Positions 1 through 12,730 of a DNA stretch of 64,000 bases are shown piece after piece (the first letter of the stretch is position 1; every line of letters starts with the position of its first letter). Below the pieces are notes generated by a model that ran no database searches, had not been told where the DNA came from, and saw only the letters and a list, made by a program, of their open reading frames with translations. The DNA comes from Tubulanus polymorphus (lineage: Eukaryota; Animalia; Nemertea). A program made the translations under genes and the position numbers. The DNA lies in assembly GCF_964204645.1 (NCBI RefSeq), contig NC_134027.1, positions 11,378,485 to 11,442,484 of the forward strand, given 5' to 3'.

Positions 1-430
1 TCGAGGCGTCATGACGCTTCGTAGGAAATAATTGTAGACAACGTCAGGTTTAATGACGTGTTTAACCATCGAAATGATTTCCGATCGGCCGCGCGAGGAA
101 AACGCACGATTTTACGAAATATCTGAAAATAATGCCGCAAATGATATTTCCGATAGAACGCCGAGTATTCTATAGTTCTGCCCGTGTACGCGTATCGATT
201 TTTGGATGAAAAATCAATGGCGATTTTAAGGATTTACGAAATATCAATAAATTCTTTTGCGCCTCCCTTGTATAAACGGTGATAGTGAAGCCATATAGTC
301 ACGTGTCAGAATTCCAACACAAGCCACAATCAAAGCCTATCTCCCAGTTGTACAATTCCCGCTTGCGCAAAGATTAGTCCCAGTTTTATATTTCCCATTT
401 GTCGCATGAGCGTTTTTGAACAACTTTTAA

Positions 431-659
431 CACGGGGTGCCATTATTTCCAATGCGGCAGCTGAACATCGGACCAGACCCGAGCCAAATTTCAGCGCCAG
501 TCGAATCATTGCGTGTGAATTGCAAGTGGTTCATTTTGCTTTGTTTAAACATTGTTTAGTATCGAGTGAGTGGTTTACGGACCAAATTTTTAGGCACGGA
601 CCAAATTTTACTGAGGCCGATTTGATCCACGCCAAATTCTCTCCGTGTGTGATCTCGGC
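431..659 (+). mobile_element. MITE family A (PIF/Harbinger-like), partial
   Basis: Ends TCTCCGTGTGTGATCTCGGC; internal CGGACCAGACCCGAGCCAAATT and TTTAGTATCGAGTGAGTGGTTT shared with other copies. Confidence 0.8.
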
Positions 660-2020
660 TCCAACAGATACGAACCGAACTGAAAATAACGATTTTTTTT
701 CTCCGGCACAAAACGATGCCTAATGAAGTGACTGCGCGCCGACATAATAGAAATAATTAGCTGACGAGTAATTGAACAATTTCACACACACACAGGATTT
801 TCCTCCGGGGGATGTTTTCGAGAAAATCATACATATCTCGAGTTGCGCGCGCGCCGCTGTAATCTCACTCATTATCGGCGGCATTGAAGGTTTCGAACGA
901 GATGTCACGTAAGCGAAACGATCCATCATGCGCTAATGTGATTGAGACAAGCGCGCGCGAAAGACTGGCTTTCACTCTGACCTGTGGTCGAAGGCGGCCA
1001 TTACTCGTGGAATCTTTCTCGGAATAGAGTGCACAGATTTCTGCGCGTTGCGTTCGCGAAAAGCGAGGGTGAGCGCGGAACGTCCTAGTCAATGAAAAGA
1101 GATCGGTGGTATTTGCATACCATTAGTTACTAATCCGTGCTAATCGCATAAATGGTTCGAAGCATAAGCATATCTTAGATAATTATATAAATTGGTTGGA
1201 GGTTTTTTGGAGGACACATCACAGCTATTGGGTGCTGCGTTTCATGTCGATGTGACATTCTTTGGTCCTAAATCACTGTGGAAAGGTTTTAGCATTGTTT
1301 AAAATGTGAATAATTACAAGGAGGCATTAGACTTAGTAAATGACGGACACAAAACATCATCAGCCATTTTGGAACGTGTGTCCCTCTGTGAGGAGATAAG
1401 TGAACTATAGCCTGACATTGGCAATTCTGTGAGAAAGTTCATGACCTATTTTTCTTATTACTGTAACGCTGGTATGTTTATGTCTCCACATCAACCTATC
1501 CGTCGAAGATGGGTATCCGTGTATAAAGCTAAGGGTGCACACAACATATTTGCCCGGCCTTGCCAACCCCACCTACCTGATCGCAACGATCGAATTCGCC
1601 AATCGAAAATACATTCGTGTGCCCCTACCGTCAGACTCTTAATTCCAGTTTCGTTTTCCATCGCCTGGCAATCTTTTACGACTTGAAATTGAAACGAGTA
1701 TACCGCGCAAGTAAATAACCCGCTAATAACATACGCTTGCCATTCATCACGTTCTCCAGCGACGTTTTCCTCTTTTTCTATAGTCGAGGCGACGAGAGGG
1801 AAACAGATTTGTTCTTGTCTCGGCATGCACGCGCGCGATGAAGAATCTCTCTCGGTGTCACCAAGATTAACGCAGACTTGAGAAAACAAGTTCTTATAAC
1901 TCATTCCTCGCGACACACAGTTCCAGCGGCTTGTTCTCGGCTGGACTCATCAATCAGGCGCAGTTTTAAATCGAACCCGGGTACAGAAAGAAAGATCGAC
2001 ATCAACACTCGGATGGTTAA

Positions 2021-2457
2021 AGCTAGGGACACACGAGCTTATTCTTTCACCCGATCGCGCCGATTAAATTCGCCAGTGAATTCGCCGACGAAATTATACG
2101 CCCGATACGAGCGGGCACACATAGCGATCAAACCGAAATTCGGTCAGCGACTGGCACTAAGAGGGAGAGAGTTAACGAATCACATGATATCAACAATGCA
2201 TCCTATTGGTTGATAAAAATGGATCGCTCGGCGAAATTCGCTGAGTGCGGGCAGACGAGCGAATTTGCGGGCGATCCGATCGCCGGCGTAAATAATCGGC
2301 CGAAAATATCAAACATGTTTGATACGGGCGATTCGTCGGGCGATCGAGTCGGCCGACGAAATCGTCGTCGCCGTGAGTGGCCACACGAGCGAATTTTTCG
2401 GGCGATTTATAAGTTCGTTGCGATCGGGTGCAAAAATACGCTTGTGTGCCCCTACCT
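2021..2457 (+). mobile_element. MITE family B (Harbinger-like), full length
   Basis: TAA|AGCTAGGGACACACGAGC ... GCTTGTGTGCCCCTACCT|TAA; internal palindrome TATCAAACATGTTTGATA; inverted homolog at 54141-54513. Confidence 0.85.
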
Positions 2458-2869
2458 TAAGACGAATACTGATAGTAATAATGAATGTTTCGTGTTTTTC
2501 ATTGCGTTTCCGAATCAAATACGAAGACAATATAGCTCAAAGTCGTTCGTATCGATTGTCGAGATATTTCCATTTATATTGAATTCTTAACAAATACATG
2601 CGACCGTCCTATACAAAAGGGGTAAGGGGCGTACGAATCAGAAAGTTCGTATTCATCATTGAATTGCGCTAAACATTCGAAGATCTGCTTCATTTCAAAG
2701 ATATCCAGAAAATAACACTTTTCCATATATTCATGGAGGCCACGTGACGTAACTATGAACTTTTTGTAGAGGGTTGCATAGGGAATATTTTTGCGTTTTT
2801 GCGAAACATTTTTCAATATCCAATCTGCTTCGTTCAGAAAAAAATATGCTGAAAACATCTTTCACATAT

Positions 2870-3400
2870 TTAGTGAACAATAACATGGTTGTAGCAGCCA
2901 TCTTGAATGACCTACAATATCTAACATCCATGAAATGTATACTTAGCCTCCAATGGACAAATATGGTCGTGGCAGCTATCTTGGATGACCTACATTATCA
3001 TCTAACATCCATGAATTGTCTACTTAGCCTAAAAAAGATGCTGATGTTGTAAAACAAATATGGCCGTGGCAGCCATCTTTGATGACCTATATTACGTAAA
3101 TCAAACTCAACAATGATAGTTAAGTACTGTAAAATAAAGTTCAAGGATTCTACAGCCAATGAGAACTAAGTTGTCGTCGGGATATGAAAAACGTTTTAGT
3201 GCCAGTGGCATCCATCTTGGATATAAAATATAGCCATGCCAGACACGGCTCGGATGACCTATGTTATCCAAAATCATAGTAATATACTGAATTAATCCTA
3301 CATTAGCTATAAACCAAATTATCATGCGGAAATGAGAAACGGACAGATGACAGATGGACAAGGCTATCACCATAGGAATGAGTCAAAACCTCCCTCCTGA
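2870..3400. mobile_element. Helentron/DINE-1-like element with internal tandem subrepeats
   Basis: Three ~80-100 bp units AACAAATATGGTCGTGGCAGCCATCTTG.ATGACCTAC (2877-3090) and a GACAGATG microsatellite at ~3340; GCAGCCATCTTGGA motif shared with 50515-50930. Confidence 0.5.
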
Positions 3401-4794
3401 TCAGTGCCAAATAAGGTGCTTCAACAGCAGGCCGATATAATGGATATCAGTGCCGAGATAAACGAGAAACCAGCCGAGCATTCAAGAATAGAGACAGACG
3501 AACGAACAGACAGACAGCGAACACAAAAATTCTGTTTCGTCTCAACTGAACGCCTAATAGAGTCGAGATCAAACGAGGCCATAATCTATTCGGTGGAAAT
3601 TGGTTCCACGCAAACGGAAAAGTCTTATAGTCGGGAGAGTGAGTGCAGATCATAGGAGGATAGATTAGCTTAAAGGGATAGGTCATTGTATCTTACAGCA
3701 TATATCGTATGTTGTTGTTACCAAGCGAAAATGGGAAAATATCTCCGATAACATCTCAAACTGATTTGAACTGTTTCCACGATGGATATTCTTAAATATT
3801 ATCCAAATCCCATAGCAAATTGTTGACGTTGCTATGAATGTTATGATTTGGATTGAAAACGAAAACATGGCTTCACGTATTTTCATATTTTGATGAAAAT
3901 CAAATGCAACTGATGCAACTTTAACTTCCTTATTACATAATAGTCCATACATGAATTAACAAACTAACCTTAGCTATCTCCACGCATGGACTGTAAAACC
4001 AGGGAGATGGGAGTGAAACAAACTGGTTTTTGGAGTCATGGCCCACACTAACTCAACGAACCTAGTTTTCGATGTATTTCAACTAAAATAGCTAGTAGCG
4101 TCTTAACTTATCTCATCTTCGGCAGTATGAAACCACATCAAGTGTGTAAGTTCAAGGTCATCTGTGGCGCTCAAACGCTCCACTAGAAAAAAATCAGACG
4201 CGAGTGCGGGTTTAATGTGAAGAGTACCCTTCTTTTTGAAGAAAGGTTTCAAAAAACGCGGGCAAACAGTAAACTCTGCATTGAACCTGTGTATCTAGCG
4301 TAGTGTAGATGCGTAACCCGGGTATATGAAGCATGAGTAGACGAGCCACGCGCCAAATAAAAAAAAACCTCCTAGTTTCACTTGCATCGCGGCTGAATCA
4401 CAACAAATACCTTGCAGCGATTACGTCGTCTACCTGTTCGTCGCCGATGAACGTCGATCGATAAGGATTCAAATTCTCCGCAAGACGATTACGTGGTCTG
4501 CGGTATCTTAAATAAGTTCACTAGGAAATCGCTGTCGTTGTAGAAAATGGCGATGTAAAACGTCACACGATCACCGCCCAGGATTTTACCTATATAGCCC
4601 AGCCGTATCGCGGTTTACACGACGACGACGACGACGCAATCGGTAAGAGTAGGTTATAGTTTCAACTCAGCGGCAGACAGTAAACACATCGCCGCGCATT
4701 TACTGATTGAAGCTATCGGTCTAATGGGTGGTGAGCCGAGCTGTGAATTAGTGAAAATAGTCACTATGTTAAACTATTGAATCAAGAAACAGTT

Positions 4795-5095
4795 AATAAA
4801 ATAACATAATATGTGTCCCAATCCAGCAAGCTCTACATTTTTCAGTATCATTACCCCAGTCATTTCAATACTCTCACATGTATCAGTCATCTCTCCCTGG
4901 GGAGAAGTAACGCCGAGCGGCCAACAATCGCTCAGGAGTCATCTATCAGGTCAGGTAGCCATTTACTCCTGAGGCAATGAGGATGATAAGTGTTACCCGG
5001 GGACCCGATGGTAATGTACGGGGTTCGAACCCACAACCTGGATTCCCAGACACGACCTGGATTCCCAGAATCGAACCCTCTAACCACTCCACGTT
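4795..5095 (-). mobile_element. tRNA-derived SINE
   Basis: Minus strand: A-box-like GTGGAGTGGTTAG, B box GGTTCGAACCC (5021-5032), central CAGGAGTAAATGGCTACCTG, CTCCCCAGGGAGA, TTA/TTATT-rich tail; head carries a duplicated TCTGGGAATCCAGGT. Confidence 0.75.
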
Positions 5096-5559
5096 CGTCC
5101 AAAGCAGTGAACGAAGTAAACTCAGAATGGTCTGAACGTCGTCGAGTGCGCGGAGAAGCAACGTGGCATTAAGCTTCCCCGTGCGAGATCCGATACTGAT
5201 CATATATTCCCGAATCAAAGGAACCCAATTATCTTTAAGACACACACTAACGCGGCTTCGTGCGGATGCTTCCTTTCATAATAACTAAAAATCAGATGGT
5301 GAGTAAAACCAAACAAAATCATCCGAAGATTATGATTACTAAGACGAACTCGGAAATGGACATAGTCTACGACCATACGCGGCCCCGTGTGTCAATGTAA
5401 ACGTCGAGCGATAAAATTCAGAGCATGTCTCTCTGTGAGCAGCTACTATTTGACTATGCCGTCGTCCCGATGAGCGTTGAAATAAAAATAGGCATTTATT
5501 TGCTCGATGCTTCAGCAGTGAATATTTTTTTTCTGAGGCAGACCGACACATAATATCTG

Positions 5560-5950
5560 AAACAAGCCATAGGCGACAACGGTTCTCAGGCTTGTCGACT
5601 CAAACTCCAAAATTACCATGCGTTAGTTCTCATTACATTTTGGATATGTTGCATCTAGGTCCAATTGCTAAATTTTGTCAAACATCTTTTTGAATTTGGT
5701 CAGTGTTCCTCAGTTATGAGGTCATATTCAAGGTCATGTTGCTAAAAAACAACAGTTTCCAGTGCCTAGTTCTGCCTCAAGGTGGTGCATTGGGCCCCTT
5801 CTTTGCGCTGCACAACTTGACCACCATACTAACATTGGAGCCAAGAGATCGACCGACTATTATCGAAGCTAAGTAGCTGAAAGACTGACACACACAAACA
5901 CAGACGGACACGCAGTTCGAGAATAAGGAAGCCCGAGAACCAAAAACTTG
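5560..5950 (-). mobile_element. Non-autonomous Helentron/DINE-1-like element
   Basis: AAACAAG end (CTTGTTT on minus), subterminal inverted repeats GGTTCTCAGGCTT (5581) / AAGCCCGAGAACC (5929), (CA)/GACA microsatellite near the far end. Confidence 0.6.
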
Positions 5951-7243
5951 TATTACTGAAAATCCTTCACATCAACTATATCGCTCGGATGAGAAAATCT
6001 ACGTTGCTTTACTCCTTTGTTCGTGACTTTCACTGGCTTCTCAATGGAAGCTTATTCTAATAGCGAAAGAGCAACGCTTGAAAAAGTCATCTCCTAGAGA
6101 AGCTAACCTACTCTTTAGGCTGTACCGGCAGTTGTAAACCGACATTAAATCCCCATTCTTTCAATTTTTGATCATTCAGGCTTCATTTCGTTAGTTCAGC
6201 AACTCACGTAAATGAACTACGAATGCTAGACATTAGGCATTTCAAGTTTCTTTAGCCACTGTAAAAAAGTCAACGATTGCAAATTTGCTCCAAGAATCGT
6301 GAAAGTCTGAAATGGATGACGGTTCCGAAGATGGTGGATTTATACGGGCACATGAATGTAGGGAGGGGATGAGAAAGGTTGTCTCTTGCGGGAACTTTAA
6401 GTAAATCACCTTTTTTTGTTCGTAATACCATTACATCGGCTGGGCCGAAAGATTGAAAATTTGATTATCCCTACACCAGCTGCGATTCGGATGAAAAAGG
6501 AATTTATGATTTCGCATTATCGCATTATCGCCAACATTGCGACATCAGTTAACTCGGTTTTCGCGTATAGAATAAAAGCCATAGCAGTTTTTAGAGCGAA
6601 TTCAACAACTTTCTCAGACATCGGTCGTTTTAAGATGTACGCAATGTTTGTATAGTAATTGCAGTCATAGAATTCCATTAGCGAAAGAGAAAGAAAGAGA
6701 GATGGGGAGAGAGGGGAGGGAAGTGAAGTTGGAAGAGGGTATGGCGGAGTAAGAAGCAGATCGAGAGGGTCGACTGCAAGGCCCTTATAACTTTGAGTGC
6801 CCTGTTCTTCTACTGTTGAGCAGTACCGACGAAATCTTGGCTAGAACCTAGGCTCGATTACATACATATAATTTCATTAGTAAATTGATGGTTAGCCACA
6901 TTGGACATGCAAGGCCACATGCAATATGTATATCACTCACGAGATATTCCCGTGATATCAATCAGGTAGCTTTTGTCATCAACACCTTGAAGTCAGTTTA
7001 CTAAGGGCGTGCTGGGATTATAATCAAGTTATAACGACGCACGGCTTCGTGTATTCATCAAAGTCAAATCAGCTTGCGGTGACACTTCATTATATTTCGT
7101 TGCTTTATTGCCAAAGTGTGATATATTTCAAATCAGAAAGTATCAAAAGGCCAGCACACCCTCAAGTTGAAACTTTCGATATTATCCGTTTACGATGATT
7201 GATAACACGGGAGATAAACTGGTGTTTTTTCGAGAAAGCCCGA

Positions 7244-7399
7244 GCCACGATCACACGGAGACGAATTGGCCCGGGCCAAATTGGCACGGATCAGACTCGA
7301 GCCAAAATTGGCCTGGGCCTAATTAGAGAACGCGTTCATATGCAAACCACTCACTCGATACTAAACAATGCTTAAACAAAGCGAAGTAGGTAATATTTC
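7244..7399 (-). mobile_element. MITE family A, partial
   Basis: GCCACGATCACACGGAGACGAATTGGCCCGGGCCAAATTGGCACGGATCAG. Confidence 0.85.
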
Positions 7400-7914
7400 T
7401 TATCGAAATATCGAAAAGAAATCAAACACACATGCCCGAGTTTAGCCGTGAATTTCCGCTGCAAACGCCCTCGCGTTTAATCCCTGAAATCCATACCAAT
7501 CTATCTACGTACGATTGCTTTTACATCGAGTGTTTAATTTGCAACCGAACCCATTATCACCAGCGCAGAGTACTTAAACATCTGACATCAAGAGTCTCCA
7601 ACAGGTGGCAATTATTCATTATATTAAATATAATATACATATAACTACTAGCCGTATGAAAATCATATTAAACATATAACGCGCGCGAGCTCGACGTAAG
7701 TATCTTGTATCTCGGATTAGTCTAGACCTGCGAGGTATGTAACCAATTTCATCCGATTCTGCATGAAAGAATACGCCAAAGTTAACTAAAAACGTAGTCT
7801 TAAATTCACGATTTTACGCTTAATATATCAAATCTGTTTGCGCGTATATCCAGCTAAAAATCAATTCAATAAACCTTCACTTCCGTGGCTTGGCTATTAC
7901 GAATATAAAAAGAC

Positions 7915-8209
7915 CAGGGCCGTGCCGAGTGGGGGTTTAAGGGTTGTGAACGAAACCCCCTAACATTTGTGCCCTTCAAAGTTAGTGTCAGAAAATTTGG
8001 GTCAAGGATGTTCTTAAATTTGGATACAATGTTCTTGTTCTTTTTTGGAAAATGAAAAGCAATCCTTTTTCAAATGATTTATTCAGGTACCGGGGCACTT
8101 CATATTTTAGATCCGTCCTTTTTCAAAAGGAAAGTGGCCCTTTTACGGTAAAAAAATGCCCTTGACCTTGAAATAGAATTGCCCTTCAAAAAAGCTTGTT
8201 ACAAGCGTG
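7915..8209 (+). mobile_element. hAT-like MITE (CAGGG terminus)
   Basis: Homologous over ~270 bp to 30283-30553; flanked by AAGAC/ATGAC. Confidence 0.7.
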
Positions 8210-8229
8210 ATGACCCTGATTTTGTATAA

Positions 8230-8379
8230 TAGTCTTAAATTGGTCATACGTCTTGAACTGAGTCATGGTTTCAGTCGAAACTGAAGTCGGAAACTGGTCT
8301 TAAATCTGAAGACTGGTCCTAATTTATTAGATTGGCTATAGAAATGATAGTCTGAGCCCACGCTATGGAACCAGGCCCT
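8230..8379 (-). mobile_element. Fragment of GGGCCCAGTTCCA-type MITE
   Basis: Ends CTATGGAACCAGGCCC; reverse complement aligns with 43523-43652. Confidence 0.65.
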
Positions 8380-9608
8380 CGGAAGGTCACTAAATAGTAA
8401 CCTTCTATTTCGCGATCTCTCTTACACATCTTATCACCGCCGAATAAACATGGAACATAATAATTTATCCGCGTAGTTTGTCAATACTACGTCATCATTT
8501 CTGTCAGCCGAGCCATTTATTTGCTGGCAAAATCGTGTCAGAATCCCCGCGTCGTGAATCGGTATCTAATGTATAGGTTTCGGGAGTGTCGGGCAACGAC
8601 GACGACTACGACACCGACGAAAAAGGTCGCGCATCTTTCCATAATTATCGACATCATATTCAACCGCACGTAGACAACAAGCGCTTTGATCAGCGACAAC
8701 TGCGTAAATCTTTACCCGCGCGTTTCTACACCTTAATCTTCGAGAGAGATCGTTCTCGACTCGACAACAAACTGATTCTCTCTCTCGCTCTCTCCCCCTC
8801 TCAACTTCGTACGGTTTCACCGAGACGCTGCTAACCACTCGGATTATGCTCCCCTTTTATCAACATTGAATGCAATTAGCCGAAAGAATACGGCATTGTC
8901 GGCGGTTTGTCACTGTTCATCTGCGACGCTGTCTCGCGACGGCAGACGTTCGTAATTACGAACATCCATTTTCATTCAGCTCCGCCGTGAAGGAGATATG
9001 TGTAGCAAAAATGGTTATTTTTCAACCGCGAAAAACACACAACACACACATGATGGAAATTATAAGCTAATCTGGACATTCTCCAGAGCCATCGCTATCC
9101 GTCGTCGGAAACACCAAAACCGACTTACACTTCACCGGATCAGCGATGTGAAGACAGTAACCGTCCGTCACATCTTACGCAAACTGATTTTAACCTTCTA
9201 CAAACTCAATGCACATAATGAAAATTGCCCATAAAGACTCAACAACAGTAATCAAGTTTGTCAGCTTCGAGCGGCAGATAACGAAAATATAACTGGAAGG
9301 CTGACACTGCAGCCCGGGGCATTTTTCACGTACACTTCACGTAGGAGGTTTTATCAAAATTGGTCTTACATTGATTCTTCAAATGGATGATCTTTCTCGC
9401 TAGCCCCGTTTTCCCTGCAGAGATGAGATCTATCAAATTATTCGCGCTAAACTCCGGCGTCGTGCGCGTGCGTGCCCCGACAACCATTTGAAATGTACTC
9501 GAAAAAGCGATACACAGCGAGCAGTGAATTCAGGCTGCTGTCAGAAAGTGACGAGTAGTCTGATTTCGAGCTGAAACGTGTAGTCCTGGCAGGCTACAAT
9601 TCAAAAAC

Positions 9609-10011
<403 letters not shown>

Positions 10012-10544
10012 TCAGTGAATTCAAGTATATACCCAGTTTGGGTTGTCTGGAGAAAATCAATTTCACGCCCCAAAAAAGTGATAAACTTCCTCACCGTCTG
10101 GCGCCTGAAAAGGTGCCTACCAAGTTGACAGCTTCTGTATGAAATTACTCTGTACCGTGTTATCGCAAGCACGACTTGTCATATTTTTACATTTATCATA
10201 AAAGGCCGAGCAACGAAGCGGTGTTATTCCGAGATTAAACATTTTCTTTCGCGCAACGAGTTTTCGCCGGAATAAATCAGTTCCTAAGGGACGGGCCTCT
10301 CACTTAGCTTTAGCGAGTTGTCGTCTAGGATAAAACATAATGATGATGAATGATCTTCAGTATTCCTGGAATGATTTTGACTTTTTCTGAAGCCGCTATA
10401 TCCCGTCTAAAGTCTCCACGCGATTGTTTCAGATTATGGACATTAGTTCCATTTTAGAAATATCCGAGTGGGATACTCAATTCAATTCATTTCTTATTTA
10501 TTGACGCTTTAGGTTACAAGTTCAACTGCAGAAATTTTCTCAGT

Positions 10545-10811
10545 TTAGACTAAGTCGTTAGATGGTTATAGAACCAAAATGAGCTTAGACTTGTCTAGTT
10601 GTTAGGTGGGTTGTGGAACCAGTGAGATTAAACTGATCTGGCTGTTAGGTTGGTTATAGAACCAAAATGAGCTTAGACTTCTCTTGTCAGGTTGGTTATA
10701 GAACCAAAAGAAATAAAATAAGCTTAGACTGGTCCTGTTGTTAGGTTGGTTAGAACCAAAATGGCCTTAGACTGGTCCTGTTGTTAGATTGGTTATAGAA
10801 CCAAAATGAGC
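10545..10811. repeat. Minisatellite, 6 units of ~45 bp
   Basis: Unit TTAGACTGGTCCTGTTGTTAGGTTGGTTATAGAACCAAAATGAGC. Confidence 0.92.
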
Positions 10812-11518
10812 AAGCCAGTAACCAGCTTGTATAAGGAGTAAACAAATGAATAATAGAAAGTATTTCATGGAATATCGAGTCGAGCAGTTGTTAAGTCGGT
10901 TGGATCCTATTTATGACTTCGCTGAGAGTTCATCAAAATAACTCCACAGCCGCCGAGCGGTATATCAACGCGCGGCTCGCATCGATCAAATGAGATCAAT
11001 TTTTTTTCAGAAACTCGTCGGGATTATGGTGTAAAATCTATTCGTTGTTGAGAGACACCCTTTAATCAGCGTTAACTGAAAATGTCAAAGATCGATAGAA
11101 ACGCAAGAGAGGTCGGGGCTCGTCTTTGAAATTGTGTACGACGACGACAATGTGACACCGACGTTACTGCGCGATTAAATACAGCACAGTAGCCTAGATG
11201 AAGCGTTTCTGGCACATTATCAAACGATGTTTGCCCGTGAAAACGATGCTTCGAAAAAGCTTTTGTTCTTCTCCCCCCCTCCCCAATCGGGTGTCAAGGT
11301 TTTGCGCTGAATTGGGGAGGAGTCAAGGTTGCGCATTTAAAGTGCACTGCTCGTCCAATAATGCTGGAGCACGCTTAACAGCGAAACCGGATAAATGCGC
11401 GTTAAACAAGAAAACTTACTTGAAAGTTTATCCATGCCTTGATAAATAGCAAAATAGCTTCATATTGTCAACAATAATACAATATGTACATAGATATTAA
11501 CATTATATGTGATATTAA

Positions 11519-11782
11519 CCCTTTAAGTGCTGAATAAATAATACCCTTTAGTGCTGGAGATGATTTTAGAATTTGGAAGAATTCCATTTTTAGTGTGTTG
11601 AACAACGGGAATACCACTATAGTGCGTCTACACAGGGGAGCGGTGTATCGCTAGTTATTAGTAATTCATTATGTGTGACAGGTGCTGCCATCTTTCAAGA
11701 GAGATATTACTAATTACATCAATACACTCCAGTGCGGTGTAATAGCAAAATCTGTCACTGATTTATACACCGCACTGCGGTA
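11519..11782 (+). mobile_element. piggyBac-type MITE, right end truncated
   Basis: TTAA|CCCTTTAAGTGCTG start; body homologous to 27061-27287 and 61758-62027. Confidence 0.8.
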
Positions 11783-11789
11783 AGGATCA

Positions 11790-12088
11790 GCGAAGTTATT
11801 GTGGATTTGAAATTATCGATAATTGAATTGACTGGCAACCAGTCTAGCCCCGATATATTGATTGAAGGTCACATCCTTTCAAAAATAATTATGAAAATTT
11901 ATCAAAAATTTAAATAAGAGTCATGAAATATATTCAATTACAAAATAAACGCCAAAATTCAAAGTGTGAATTTTTATGTTGAAACGTCGATATTGGCGAC
12001 ATGTGCATATCGACTCATACAGAACCCCTTAAATAGCACATACTAGGAATATAGACGTGGTTGTAATGGTTTTTATGGCGACAAAAAA
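11790..12088 (-). mobile_element. Family F, DINE-1/Helentron-like element
   Basis: Reverse complement of the family F body (AATTGAATTGACTGGCAACCAGTCTAGCCCCGATATATTGA; GACTCATACAGAACCCCTTA). Confidence 0.8.
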
Positions 12089-12648
12089 CTACGGCTTACA
12101 TCTATGGCTGAGTCGGATATCAAATATGTTTAACAACTTGATGGCGGCCACTTGTCCGAAAGGTTCGCGTGCATCGTCATTCGGTGAAACTGCCGTCATC
12201 GCCATCCAGCTAAATCGGGCATTGTGTCAATATCGCGAAAACTGCGACGAAAGCGCAACGCACCGAGCGAGCGTTAAAAAAGTTGAGATATACACGAAAA
12301 CATAAACATAATTCAGTTCGCGCGTTGTTAAAAACCGGGCCGTTTCACTGAAGGGCTTCCATGCGTCATTTTAATTACACTGAGGAGAATTGGCGGCGGC
12401 GAATTCTCCCATTAAAATCGGATTTTTTTGGTTTCTATGGGAATTGATTTCGGTGTTCTGCGAAGCGTGCGAAACTGATACGTCTCTCCTCGAAAGCGCG
12501 CGCGGGATTACGGCGAACCGTTAAACGAACGCGGCTTTCGTCTCTCCGCCAGACTATGACGAAACGTCGCGCGACCAGAGACACGAAAACCAAATACGGA
12601 TGTATATGAATAAATCGGATGCGGTATCTAATGAGTTAATTTCCGTAC

Positions 12649-12730
12649 CTTATCGTCGACCGAGAGAATAACCGTAGTAGGCTTACCTGAAAAAAAGCAA
12701 AACGGAGAAAAAAATTTATATCATTAGTAT
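12649..12730 (-). other. Candidate recursive splice site (ratchet point) with 38-nt cryptic RS-exon
   Basis: Minus strand reads TACTAAT (branch point)...TTTTTTCTCCGTTTTGCTTTTTTTCAG|GTAAGC; a second donor AAG|GTACGG lies 38 nt downstream. Confidence 0.6.

Noticed and set aside
1400-1490. Decayed hAT dimerisation-domain-like peptide (PDIGNSVRKFMTYFSYYCNA)
   Set aside because: Key LP..S..ERxFS residues are absent; resemblance too weak without a search.
1878-2590. ORFs with peptides repeated at 54024-54530 (LYARYERAH..., ISSADSI.RRIARIKHV)
   Set aside because: Similarity comes from two copies of a GC-rich MITE; frames and starts are not conserved.
4641-4662. let-7-like string AGTAGGTTATAGTT
   Set aside because: Lacks the GAGGTAG seed and I see no pairing arm.
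5015-5095. tRNA gene
   Set aside because: No closed cloverleaf, an internal duplication, and a SINE body and tail follow; called as a SINE head.
7266-7280. NFI sites in family A (TTGGCCCGGGCCAA)
   Set aside because: Spacer is 4 nt rather than the 5 nt of the NFI consensus.
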